Assembly: GCA_039795775.1 (NCBI GenBank)
Contig: JBDKLC010000005.1
Location: 185,624-249,623 of the forward strand
DNA: 64,000 bases
Direction of reading: 5' to 3'
Source: Candidatus Parcubacteria bacterium
GTDB taxonomy: Bacteria > Patescibacteriota > Minisyncoccia > Phycocordibacterales > CAIZLB01
The notes beneath the pieces were generated by a model. It was not told where the DNA came from, ran no database searches, and saw only the letters and a list, made by a program, of their open reading frames with translations. The position numbers were made by a program, and so were the translations under genes. Positions 47,603 to 57,453 of the stretch are shown piece after piece (position 1 is the stretch's first letter; every line of letters starts with the position of its first letter).

Positions 47603-47890
47603 ATGAAAACAAGATATACATACGGATTACTATTTTTAGTAATTCACTCGATCTTATCTCTTGGAGCAATATTGTTTGTATATGATGCTAATATTCCAAA
47701 TAGTGATTTGGGACTGATTATGTTCCCAAATATTTTTATTCCTTTGCTTTTAACTGATCAATTACCTCGTATTTTTGGATATTGGTCTAACTTATATTGG
47801 AGTGGAATCTTTTGGTTTATTATAGGTTATTTAATTGGATTAATTGTTGAAAAGAGAAGATTAAGAAAATCAAATGAACACCTCCAATAA
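47603..47890 (+). CDS. Small membrane protein (very AT-rich)
   Basis: About 3 hydrophobic segments; -10 box 7 nt before ATG. Confidence 0.6.
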   Translation: MKTRYTYGLLFLVIHSILSLGAILFVYDANIPNSDLGLIMFPNIFIPLLLTDQLPRIFGYWSNLYWSGIFWFIIGYLIGLIVEKRRLRKSNEHLQ

Positions 47891-49298
47891 CAATCTTGAA
47901 CAAACAAGGCAAGAAGTACAAAAGTTTTTACACGATGACATTTCAGTTTTTACTGTAAAAGGAAAAGGCGCAGTAAATAACGCTTATTATGTTGAAACAA
48001 AAAGCGGGTCTACATACATAGTGAAACAAGAACGCGAAGATAAAGAGTTTCAACCTCAGAACGATTTACTTGTAGAAGCGAATGTTATACAACAGCTTTC
48101 ATCAGTAGGTCTGACACTTTCAATACCCAAAGTTTCATTTATATCTGAGAAGCCAAAGATGTATGGCTATGAGTATATCGAAGGTGAAATGCTTCGAGGA
48201 ACATGGCCATCTCTTTCTGAAGAAGAAAAAATAAGCATATGCACTGCTTTGGGTGAATTTCATGCAGAAATTGGAAAGAAATGTACTAAAGAAATGGCTG
48301 AATCTCTGGGTATTACAATTGACCTATCTACAGGCTTACACCCAGAAGTCTCAAGAGATTATGAATTAATCCTACAAAATTCACAGGTACCAGACTCATT
48401 TAAAATTCTCGCACGACGGGCAAAAGAGATATTTGATATCACAGAGCATGATATACTCTTTCAGTTTCTTCATAATGATGCTCATCACGAGAATGTTTTA
48501 ATCAAAAATAAGCAGATCTCTGGAATCATCGACTTTGGTAATGCCGAGTATGGTGAAATTGCAAAAGAGTTTTCACGCTACATACGAGATTTCCCATTTC
48601 ATTTTCAATATATTGTCTCTGCCTACGAAAAAGCATCTGGCAATAAGCTTTCATATACGCGTCTCGTAACCAACTCTTTTTTGAGCGGTCTTATTGATAC
48701 TGTAGGAGATTATTTGAAAGGGGGAGAGGGAAGAGTGAATGCTGAAAAAGCTATGGCTAGATATAAAAAACTCATAGATACATATACGCAGACACAAAAT
48801 CCCAAACGTATTCTGATAGTCGGTGATGCTGGTAGAGGAAAAAGTACATTTGCAAAAAAACTTTCGGCCAAGCTTGGTATTCCAGCGTATGAGACAGATG
48901 ACTTTTATTGGATAAAGAAATTTTCTGTACCAGCAAACAAACAGGAGAGTATAGATGCTATTGCAAAAGTATATCTAGAAGATACGTGGATTGTAGAAGG
49001 CACTACACGACACTTGGTACAGGGAGCATTTGAAAAAGCTGATGTAATTTATAGTCTCGAATTTAAGTGGATCATCTCGCAGTATTACCGGCTTATTAAA
49101 AGATCATTTGGCAGAGATCATGAAAGCTGGAGGGGACTGTGGGTTCTTCTGGTACACGTCACACGAAAAAGATTTAAAAAAGGATACAGAGCCGAGCTCC
49201 CGTCTATTCAAGAGATGATCAAACCGTATGAGAGTAAAGTGGTACATCTTTGTTCGTTCAAAGAGATACAATCTGAATTACATAAATATAATTTGTAA
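47874..49298 (+). CDS. APH-family phosphotransferase fused to a P-loop adenylate-kinase-like (FlaR-type) domain
   Basis: HNDAHHEN and IIDFG, then RILIVGDAGRGKST, DDFYW, WIVEG. Confidence 0.85.
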   Translation: MNTSNNNLEQTRQEVQKFLHDDISVFTVKGKGAVNNAYYVETKSGSTYIVKQEREDKEFQPQNDLLVEANVIQQLSSVGLTLSIPKVSFISEKPKMYGYEYIEGEMLRGTWPSLSEEEKISICTALGEFHAEIGKKCTKEMAESLGITIDLSTGLHPEVSRDYELILQNSQVPDSFKILARRAKEIFDITEHDILFQFLHNDAHHENVLIKNKQISGIIDFGNAEYGEIAKEFSRYIRDFPFHFQYIVSAYEKASGNKLSYTRLVTNSFLSGLIDTVGDYLKGGEGRVNAEKAMARYKKLIDTYTQTQNPKRILIVGDAGRGKSTFAKKLSAKLGIPAYETDDFYWIKKFSVPANKQESIDAIAKVYLEDTWIVEGTTRHLVQGAFEKADVIYSLEFKWIISQYYRLIKRSFGRDHESWRGLWVLLVHVTRKRFKKGYRAELPSIQEMIKPYESKVVHLCSFKEIQSELHKYNL

Positions 49299-49330
49299 TC
49301 TGATATAAAAGGTATGCTAAGCTTTGTAAT

Positions 49331-49786
49331 ATGGAATCAAAATATAACTTCAAAAGAAATAGTCCTAGCCAAATAGTAATCTATAGTGTGTTTGGAGTTT
49401 TAACGCTCATTTTAATACTTGTCTGGATGGTGTTGAGGTCTATTAACCCAGAGTTGGCTTTTGTTTCTAATATATTTGTGCCGATAATGATTTTCTTCGG
49501 AATAGCCGGATTCCTTATGCAGATCTTTGTAGTAAGCAAGAGGCAGTTTATAAAACTAACTGATACATCAGTAATGGTTTATAGGGGATTAGGAATTATT
49601 CCAAATACATTTAAATATATAGACATTAAGAGAGTTAACATCTCTGGAGAAATGCTCAAAGGTATTGATACAGGATTATATGCAGCATGGCCAATATTTT
49701 TAAACGTAGAAAATGTTCAGCAGTTTGTTCAAGATTTATCATTGAGATACAAAAGTAGCACTGGGACTGACATAGTCATATATTAA
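49331..49786 (+). CDS. Two-TM protein with a possible PH-like C-terminal domain
   Basis: Two TM helices, then FIKLTDTSVMV..FKYIDIKRV; AT-rich. Confidence 0.6.
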   Translation: MESKYNFKRNSPSQIVIYSVFGVLTLILILVWMVLRSINPELAFVSNIFVPIMIFFGIAGFLMQIFVVSKRQFIKLTDTSVMVYRGLGIIPNTFKYIDIKRVNISGEMLKGIDTGLYAAWPIFLNVENVQQFVQDLSLRYKSSTGTDIVIY

Positions 49787-50030
49787 GACTGTTTAGGTAA
49801 GGAAATACCTATAATAGTTGAAGAGGGGGTTCGATTTTAGTTGGAATGAGCAAGATGTATAGCGCTAAGTTGACAGCTTAATTTTGACATAGAGATTCTT
49901 TATGAAAATTGACAAAGTAGCAATTTTGTCATATTATAAAATCAGCAACTGACAAAGCTCTTTAATAATCTGAAGGGCTATTTTCATTTCTCAACAATCA
50001 ATCTCAAACCAACTCAGAACATCATACATA

Positions 50031-51779
50031 GTGAAAGTAATACAACCGCGCCCATATCAGGCGATCGCTGTGAGGGCCGCACTTAAGGCTCTTCGTTCGA
50101 AGCTGAAACGTGCGTTAGTTGTTATGGCTACTGGACTCGGTAAAACGATTACTGCGGCTATGATAACAAAAGCACTTTTCGCAAAAGGGAGAATTCTCTT
50201 TTTGGTGCATAACACCTTCATCCTTGATCACGCCGTGTCTGAGTTCAAACTCATTTTCGGTGAAGACATGGATGTATCGATCTACAAGGGCGGATCTAAA
50301 ACGGCTCCTCACAAAGCACAATTCGTCTTTGCTACATGGCAGACAATGGGTATCAATCTCAATAACTGGGACACAAAGCATTTTGACCTAGTCATTGTGG
50401 ACGAGGCCCATCATACTGAAGCAATTACCTACGCTCCTACTATTCGGTATTTCCTTGCTGCCAAACTTGGCATCACGGCAACTCCTGATCGAAACGACGA
50501 TGCGGATATCCGCGAAGTATTCGGTGAGGAAGTCGTTAACTTCAGTTTGGAGGAGGCAATCGTTAATGGTTGGCTCCCACCGATTGAGTATCGACTTTGT
50601 CATGACAACAGTCTCGACAACGTGGAACTGCAAAAAGTCCTCGACGAGATTCGGACAGCAAAAAGAAGAATGTCGATTGCGGAAATTAATCGGCGTGTTT
50701 TTATTCGAAAAAAAGCGAAAGTCGTGGCAAAGACCATCATGGACGAAGGTAAGCCCGCACTTATCTTTTGTAAGGATATTAGCCACGCTAAACGCATGGC
50801 ACGTATTATTCCCAAATCTCGCGCATTTCATTCTGGAAAGGATGCAAAGCATAAAACGCAGAGGAAGATATGGGATCGTAATCTAAAGACACTTAGTGAC
50901 TTTCGCAGTGGTAAGTTGCGTTATGTTACTGCCGTCGATGCATTCAACGAGGGTGTCGATGTCCCAGCAATTCATCTCATTGCTCTGTTACGTCAACATG
51001 GCGTGATTACCAGATGGAAGCAGCAGATTGGACGTGGTGCTCGACCCGATGACGGAAAGACAAAGTTGGTGGTTATGGATTTCGTAAGTAATCTAGAGCA
51101 TCTGCAATTTCTTCTATCTTTCAAAAAGAAGATCGCCCAAATGGAGCGTAAGAAGTATCCGAAAGGTCCAAAGGTTTCAAAATCCATTGAGATAAGCGGA
51201 GACCCATTTACGTTCACATTCACACAAGAAATTGTGAATCTCATGGAGGTACTGGAATCCTGTTCAAAAGATTTCTACGCGACGTGGGAGGAAGCATCTG
51301 AAGTTGTCAAAAAACTTGGAATTACAGGAACCTACAGTTACAGACAAAAAAGAAGTTTTGATTCGAAGCTTCATTCTGCACCTGATCAGTTTTATGCCAA
51401 TTTCCCCGGCTGGAAAACGTTTTTTGGAAGAGTTGAGTATTACTCTACGTGGGAAGACGCATCAATAGCGGTCAAGGCTCTTGGAATACGTTCATGGGAA
51501 GAATACAAAAGTCTTCACAAAAACGATCCACGGCTGCCTCCAGACTTGTATGGTGCCTATCCAGCACTCCCGAACTTTAAAAAGTTGTGCGGGTTAGAAG
51601 AAAAAAACCTATACGTGACAGTCCAAGAAGCATCAACAGCGGCTATAGCTTTAGGGATCAAAACGAGCACTCAGTATTGGAAAGACTCGCACTTAGACGG
51701 GCGCTTGCCAAAAAATCCAAGAAACAAATACAAGAAAAAGTTCCCAGGGTGGGATATGTTTTGGGGAAAGAAGAAGTAG
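50031..51779 (+). CDS. SF2 (ResIII-like) DEAH helicase with three C-terminal integrase-repeat-like units
   Basis: MATGLGKT, DEAHH, TATP, NEGVDVP, QQIGRGAR; repeats YxTxxEASxAxxxLGI...DxRLP...FPGW. Confidence 0.88.
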   Translation: MKVIQPRPYQAIAVRAALKALRSKLKRALVVMATGLGKTITAAMITKALFAKGRILFLVHNTFILDHAVSEFKLIFGEDMDVSIYKGGSKTAPHKAQFVFATWQTMGINLNNWDTKHFDLVIVDEAHHTEAITYAPTIRYFLAAKLGITATPDRNDDADIREVFGEEVVNFSLEEAIVNGWLPPIEYRLCHDNSLDNVELQKVLDEIRTAKRRMSIAEINRRVFIRKKAKVVAKTIMDEGKPALIFCKDISHAKRMARIIPKSRAFHSGKDAKHKTQRKIWDRNLKTLSDFRSGKLRYVTAVDAFNEGVDVPAIHLIALLRQHGVITRWKQQIGRGARPDDGKTKLVVMDFVSNLEHLQFLLSFKKKIAQMERKKYPKGPKVSKSIEISGDPFTFTFTQEIVNLMEVLESCSKDFYATWEEASEVVKKLGITGTYSYRQKRSFDSKLHSAPDQFYANFPGWKTFFGRVEYYSTWEDASIAVKALGIRSWEEYKSLHKNDPRLPPDLYGAYPALPNFKKLCGLEEKNLYVTVQEASTAAIALGIKTSTQYWKDSHLDGRLPKNPRNKYKKKFPGWDMFWGKKK

Positions 51780-51926
51780 TCGTCATGAAAGTGACTTCAG
51801 ATAGAGGGGGCACGGCGTGTCCTTATAGTGGTATTCTCCACAGGTAGAGTTATCCAGAAGCTCAAAATCATCCCCCGCACCAGCAATGGTGCCGGGGATG
51901 TTTTTTATACTATAATGTACACAACA

Positions 51927-52382
51927 ATGAAAAAAAACATTGCCTCAATTGCAATACTCCTCATCGCATGTGTCGGTATCTTTTTTATAATTAAAAGCGT
52001 GTACGTGAGCAAGGCTGAACCAACACCTCCCGACATTCCGTTTACTGATACTCAAGGTAGAACCGTTATGACACCGTCAGGTCGTTCTGCTGTTTTGACT
52101 ATATCACCATGTGAATCAACATCAATTCAAGCTTGCTTTGGATCAGGAATGACTTTTATGGCGAGTTCAACTGGTGTAGATATATATAGTCTTGTCAGTA
52201 CCGAATCACTGACACGCTATGGTGCGGCTTTGTCTGACACATCGAGCACAGCAAACACACCTGACTCTTCTGATCCTCAAAGATTGTTTGAAGTTACGTT
52301 CGACACAAAAGATCAACCTGCAACAGGAGACGATATACTATTTTTCAACAAGCTCGTTTCTAATTTATTCACACGTACATAA
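51927..52382 (+). CDS. Exported hypothetical protein sharing a domain with 53928..54830
   Basis: Signal/TM, then PSG..CE....CFGSGM.F.ASST..D.YSLVSTES.TRYG. Confidence 0.7.
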   Translation: MKKNIASIAILLIACVGIFFIIKSVYVSKAEPTPPDIPFTDTQGRTVMTPSGRSAVLTISPCESTSIQACFGSGMTFMASSTGVDIYSLVSTESLTRYGAALSDTSSTANTPDSSDPQRLFEVTFDTKDQPATGDDILFFNKLVSNLFTRT

Positions 52383-52383
52383 T

Positions 52384-52811
52384 ATGGCTGAACTTAAAAC
52401 AACAAAAACAAAAGCGAGTGTAATGCATTTATCAAATCTCTCTCAGATGAACAACGTCGGAAAGATGCACAACTGTTACTTACTATTTTCAAGAAAGCGA
52501 CTGGTCTGAAACCTGTGATGTGGGGGACAAGTATTATTGGATTCGGTTCGTATCATTACAAATCAGAAAAGTCGTCGCAAGAAGGAGATTGGATGCTTAC
52601 TGCGTTTTCTCCACGTAAGGCTAATATGACGGTGTACATTATGTCAGGTGCCAAACAGTATCCAGAATTATTGAAAAAGCTTGGAAAGCATAAAGTATCA
52701 AGCGGTTCTTGCATTTATATACGTACAGTTGATGATATTCATATTCCTACTCTGAGCGCTCTTATCAAACAGTCTGTAAAAGATATGAAAGTACGATATA
52801 ACGTGAAATAG
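52384..52811 (+). pseudogene. DUF1801 (YdhG-like) gene with a 1-nt frameshift near 52422
   Basis: MAELKTTKTKASV in one frame continues as AFIKSLSDEQRRKDA...MWGTSIIGFGSYHY in another. Confidence 0.75.
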
Positions 52812-52994
52812 TTCCGGTTATAAGTGTTATATTGAGCGATGTAACATGAATCGACGAAGTATGAAGGCTCAGGTGACAAGTCGTTGACTTTTTGTATATT
52901 TATTGTAATGTTATCTCAGCAAACATTTTGTTCTCCACAACAATTCAACTGAATTCACACACAAACCCACACACCACACAACCAGTATCATACA

Positions 52995-53357
52995 ATGCAA
53001 ACAGCCAGATTAACTACCGAATCGTTTGCTCGCTACATACGCGGGCAAGTTCACTTCAGCAGTCCAGAACTTGGGCTTAGCTTTGAATGTCGCGCCGTCG
53101 TCTCAAGCGTCAATCTCGATGATAGCGGCATCCTGACTATTCAATTTGAGGTCGCTGCGTCTCGTCCTACAGACCGGAAAGATGAACAGCCCTGGGCACG
53201 CATCTCTCGCATGAGCTTCGTGACCAGCATCACAGGCTACAATGTGAGTGAAGACGTTGAGCGTTCGCTTACGCTTCAATCCGACAGCAGGAACACGCAC
53301 ATGATCTTCCGCATGCCCGAGCATGACGATGATCTCGACTTCAACACCATCCACTGA
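52995..53357 (+). CDS. Hypothetical protein (orphan)
   Basis: TTGACT promoter, A/C-rich leader, terminator at about 53402-53437. Confidence 0.6.
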   Translation: MQTARLTTESFARYIRGQVHFSSPELGLSFECRAVVSSVNLDDSGILTIQFEVAASRPTDRKDEQPWARISRMSFVTSITGYNVSEDVERSLTLQSDSRNTHMIFRMPEHDDDLDFNTIH

Positions 53358-53496
53358 CCAGTGATGACTACCGACCAGGGTTCTAGCCCCACAAGAAATG
53401 ACTCACCCGATTCATTTCAGGTGGGGCTTTTCTTTTTATCGCGAAGTATATGTTGTGTATCTATAAGTTTTGAATGTAGGTTATACTATATGTACT

Positions 53497-53913
53497 ATGA
53501 AAGATAGATCGTCTTGGTTACATTGGTTTTTGGGAAGTATTCTTATATACACTGTGGTCGTCGGACTCACTGTTCTAATGGAGCTTTCTTGTGAAGGAGA
53601 AACAATGTGTGGAATTCTTACATTTGGTGCAGCAGTTTTCCTCCTCCCAATTATTCCTGTTGCTACTTTTGTGGGTTGGTACAAAGGGAGAAAAGACCCC
53701 AACGCCGCTTCTTTGAAGTTATTTTGGCTTAGAGGTGCAATATTTGGTCTTACTGCGTGGATTGTTATTTTCGCGATTTCAGAGTCTTTCTACTTCTATG
53801 GTAATTTTCCAGTCATCTATAAGTTACTATACTTTGGTTATGATGAAATTGGTGGTTTGCTGTATGTGGTTGCCGGTGGGGTGTGCGGTTTTGTTTATCA
53901 GAAATTTCAGTAA
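53497..53913 (+). CDS. Four-TM membrane protein
   Basis: Hydrophobic ORF with a CEGETMC loop. Confidence 0.6.
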   Translation: MKDRSSWLHWFLGSILIYTVVVGLTVLMELSCEGETMCGILTFGAAVFLLPIIPVATFVGWYKGRKDPNAASLKLFWLRGAIFGLTAWIVIFAISESFYFYGNFPVIYKLLYFGYDEIGGLLYVVAGGVCGFVYQKFQ

Positions 53914-53927
53914 ACTTTTAACATAGT

Positions 53928-54830
53928 ATGAAAGAACTCATCACTAAAATTCTCAGAAAGCCTCTCGATATAATGGGATTTAATTTTCGAAACGAACCAA
54001 CACTCACAACGATTCTCATTTCATATGCTATCTTGATAGCCATTTTTGTTGTGATGGCACTTCTATTATTTTCATACATACCATCTCCTTATATATACCA
54101 GATATATCTTCGTAATATCCTCGCCTTAATATTTGGAGCAATTTCTATTGTCGGTCTTGGTTATTCTTTAAAAAATATCAAGTCTACTTCAAATGGTGGT
54201 TATTTAGTTGCTCTGTGTCTTATTGTGGGAGTAGTTTGTTGTATAGTAGTTAGTAGTTTTATATATGATAGCTTTGGTTTTAAAAGAGAAATAATTGAAA
54301 CAAAACTCACAACACATTATGGAGCAAAAACTAGAAATGTTGTTTGTAATGGGAGTGTACGAGCTGAAATAGATAATAAGCTCTACGGTTTTGGATGTTT
54401 AGATTCTAATGTCGAACAAATTTTACCTCACAACTTAAATACAGACAGTACCTATAGATTGGTCATCTTGCCGCATTCACACGACATAATAAGTGCCGAA
54501 AAAATAGAAACCAAACAACATGTGCTGAAATTGCCATCAGGTCTTTCTGCCAAAATGGAACTATCTTCTTGTGAGACATCTGCTCTGCAAACTTGTTTTG
54601 GTTCGGGAATGGAGTTCGTAGCAAGCTCAACAAAGCTTGATGTATACAGTTTAGTAAGTACAGAGTCTGCAACTCGGTATGGAGTGGTAATTGATCCTAC
54701 GATTGATTCTCCAGCTGCATATGTGGTGGTTATTAGTACTGAAAGTGGCACTGGCACTTTTTCAGATCGAGATTTTGTATTCTTAGATACAATAGTACGC
54801 AATATAGATAAGTTGGGCTTAATTAAATAA
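53928..54830 (+). CDS. Three-TM membrane protein with a C-terminal domain shared with 51927..52382
   Basis: TM region plus LPSGLSAKMELSSCETSALQTCFGSGMEFVASST. Confidence 0.7.
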   Translation: MKELITKILRKPLDIMGFNFRNEPTLTTILISYAILIAIFVVMALLLFSYIPSPYIYQIYLRNILALIFGAISIVGLGYSLKNIKSTSNGGYLVALCLIVGVVCCIVVSSFIYDSFGFKREIIETKLTTHYGAKTRNVVCNGSVRAEIDNKLYGFGCLDSNVEQILPHNLNTDSTYRLVILPHSHDIISAEKIETKQHVLKLPSGLSAKMELSSCETSALQTCFGSGMEFVASSTKLDVYSLVSTESATRYGVVIDPTIDSPAAYVVVISTESGTGTFSDRDFVFLDTIVRNIDKLGLIK

Positions 54831-54855
54831 CAGAAAAAATTGATATAATACTCAT

Positions 54856-55446
54856 ATGACTATCCCAGAAATTCTCGGACTTTTATCCGGTATCTTCCTC
54901 ATTGCAGGATATATTCCGTACATGTATGAAGTACTCAAGGGTACTGACATTCCAAATAGAGCGAGTTGGTTTATTTGGTCACTATCTACCATAACTATTC
55001 TTATTGGAGTACGAGAGACAGGTACAAATGAAGCTATCTGGGTGCCTATCGCCGATGCTATCGGTTGTTTCATTATCTTCATATTATCTATCCGAAAGGG
55101 AACAGGAGGCTGGAATCGCACAGACAAAATCTCTCTTGCTTTTGCAGCCGTTAGTCTCGCGCTCTGGGCATTTACAGGAAATATACTTGTCGCACTTATA
55201 ACAAATCTTGCTATTTATACAAGTGGCTATATTTCTACCATCAAAAAATCAATTGATGATCCAAAGAGTGAAAGTTTTGTGGCGTGGACAATGTTCTTCA
55301 TGGGTGTGGTTCTCAATCTTGTGACAGTTATTATTGGCACAGACACTGGCTTCGCGGTGTGGCTCTATCCAATCGTGCTTGTGGCAACCGTTGGCACGTT
55401 GTATGCAGTGCTCTTCAGACGGTTTAAAAATGAGATTCCGGCTTAG
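54856..55446 (+). CDS. Multi-pass membrane protein (paralogue of 14991..15560)
   Basis: YMYEVLKGTDIPNRASWFIWS and STIKKSIDDPKSE motifs. Confidence 0.75.
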   Translation: MTIPEILGLLSGIFLIAGYIPYMYEVLKGTDIPNRASWFIWSLSTITILIGVRETGTNEAIWVPIADAIGCFIIFILSIRKGTGGWNRTDKISLAFAAVSLALWAFTGNILVALITNLAIYTSGYISTIKKSIDDPKSESFVAWTMFFMGVVLNLVTVIIGTDTGFAVWLYPIVLVATVGTLYAVLFRRFKNEIPA

Positions 55447-55580
55447 CTGAATAAATAACCAGCAAAGCACAATTAGCATATCTGCCCACACAGCCAGCCC
55501 CAATACTTATATTGACAAACTATTTAAATGTAGTATAATATAATAGTAATTTGGGTTAGTTCTTTCACAAATGCAAGTGT

Positions 55581-55633
55581 TTGATTTCGGCTTTTTATGT
55601 ACCTTTTGTAGGTATCTAAAAAGCCGAAATCAA
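55581..55633. repeat. 17-bp perfect inverted repeat in a 5' leader
   Basis: ttgatttcggcttttta / taaaaagccgaaatcaa. Confidence 0.88.
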
Positions 55634-55674
55634 CGGCAAAACATCTCAACAATCCAAAATACCATAATAACCGT

Positions 55675-56109
55675 ATGAAAAAACTGTCCGATATGAATCT
55701 AGGTGCCCTTGTGGAACTAACCCGCTACGCTAAGGATTTCTTCAGTGCAAACTATCTTCCACTGATTCGCAAAAATCTCGAGGAAGTCGTGGTTGGCGAA
55801 GACCGATGTGTAGTAGCTACCTGCCTCCCTACAGTGGCAGTAACATCATTGTTGCGTGGAAGAGACAAAGTCGAACCAGCACACAGCAGGGCGCAATACA
55901 TCCATTACGTTACAAAGGCAACTACCATGAGCTCAGGTCGAATCATCCTCGGTCCGCTCAATCCTAATGTTGAAAATGCTCAGGCGGATGACACATGGGT
56001 CATTATCATCATGGAAAAACATCCTACAAGTAGTGACTTTTGCAAAAGCCGTGAGTTCTTTGGTAACGCTGCCTGGCATTTCATCCAGGTAGGTAAACTC
56101 CAACCCTAG
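55675..56109 (+). CDS. Hypothetical protein (orphan)
   Basis: TTGACA-N16-TATAAT at about 55512-55539; terminator at about 56132-56174. Confidence 0.6.
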   Translation: MKKLSDMNLGALVELTRYAKDFFSANYLPLIRKNLEEVVVGEDRCVVATCLPTVAVTSLLRGRDKVEPAHSRAQYIHYVTKATTMSSGRIILGPLNPNVENAQADDTWVIIIMEKHPTSSDFCKSREFFGNAAWHFIQVGKLQP

Positions 56110-56256
56110 TAACCAACACTCGCATTAATTTAGCCCCGTCTAGTAACTTCAAAAGTGAACGACGGGGCTTTTTTCTTTCTCTAATTAATGCATTAATTAT
56201 GCTGTTCTTGTCTTGAATGTATTATGCATGCGATTTATTGTTGTATAATTATATAT

Positions 56257-57441
56257 ATGAAAAAACTCATCATTCCAATTATTATTCTTGCGATTGCAGC
56301 GTTTGCTTTTGTGAAATTTAATACTGGTGCCCCACGCATTACTCCACAGACTATAGATGTATCAGGCACTACAAGCACTCAGGGAGCTTCATCTTCTGTT
56401 GCATCAAACGAAGTTGCTATTGTCACGCCTCTTTCTGCTGATGTGAATGTCAAAACAACTACACTTGCTCCTTTTAGAACAATAACAGAAGCAGCATCGA
56501 CAACTATCGGCACAGTGGTGAAGACATCTTCATCTGGACGAGCTATTGTCGAAGCATCATTTAGTCATCCTACCGCCCTCGACTATAGTTCTGAACTTGT
56601 TATCAAAGACAGTCGAGCTGAACAAAAGAGAACATCTATCGAACTTACGACAGGCGGTCTGTGGGCGCGAGCTAAGAAGCTTTTTGAAAAAGGAGAATTT
56701 TATGAAATTAAAACAAGTAACGCTGTCGCCGTGGTGCGAGGCACATCGTTTGGTGTGACATACAAGGCAAACAAAACGACAGTTATTGTTACGCAGGGTG
56801 AAGTTTCAGCTTTTAATAGAGACCCTAAAACAGGTAATGCAGCTTCATCAACACAGATAGTAGTTCTCGCAGGATACAAACTAGAAATAACAGGAACAAG
56901 CAAGGGAGTACTTACAAGAATTTCATCAGAGGACATGCGAAGTGATTGGTACAAATACAACACGTCAGCAGATGGTACAGGTGCCAGCACTGGCAAGGGC
57001 ACAAGTGCGGCTGGTTCAACATCTGGCACACAATCTGGAACACAAGGCGTGAGCACAACGGGTACTACAGCACCTGCTGGCTCAGTACCAGCGTCAGGAG
57101 GTTCAAGTGTTCCTACAACCGTTCCTGGAGCAGGTAGTACTTCATATGGAGGTACAGGAGCGACATCTGTAAAGGTTTCATCGGTGAGTCCTCGAAGTGT
57201 TATGGCTGGTGATAGTCGTACATATGTAGTGGTGAATGGTGTTGGCCTCAAACAAATAGAAGAAGTATCAGCAGGCGAATCTGTCATGATCGATCTTATG
57301 GTTGTAAATGATAATAAGTTGCAATTCCATGTCGATCCACAACTTCCAGTTGGAACATATGATCTCATCTTGATTGCATCAGATGGTTCTGACGTCACTC
57401 TTAACGCCGCACTTACTGTTCAATACGGATCAGTACGATAG
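56257..57441 (+). CDS. FecR-domain exported protein with G/S/T linker and C-terminal Ig-like (IPT/TIG-like) domain
   Basis: VKTSSSGRA, IELTTGGLW, IKTSNAVAVVRGTSFGV, VTQGEV motifs; VSSVSP start of the Ig-like domain. Confidence 0.82.
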   Translation: MKKLIIPIIILAIAAFAFVKFNTGAPRITPQTIDVSGTTSTQGASSSVASNEVAIVTPLSADVNVKTTTLAPFRTITEAASTTIGTVVKTSSSGRAIVEASFSHPTALDYSSELVIKDSRAEQKRTSIELTTGGLWARAKKLFEKGEFYEIKTSNAVAVVRGTSFGVTYKANKTTVIVTQGEVSAFNRDPKTGNAASSTQIVVLAGYKLEITGTSKGVLTRISSEDMRSDWYKYNTSADGTGASTGKGTSAAGSTSGTQSGTQGVSTTGTTAPAGSVPASGGSSVPTTVPGAGSTSYGGTGATSVKVSSVSPRSVMAGDSRTYVVVNGVGLKQIEEVSAGESVMIDLMVVNDNKLQFHVDPQLPVGTYDLILIASDGSDVTLNAALTVQYGSVR

Positions 57442-57453
57442 CCGGTAAAAAGT

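Noticed and set aside
51785-51847. 20-aa ORF MKVTSDRGGTACPYSGILHR after the helicase
   Set aside because: Too short, with no RBS or conservation evidence.
56700-57398. 232-aa minus-strand ORF
   Set aside because: Antisense to the low-complexity linker of the FecR-domain gene.
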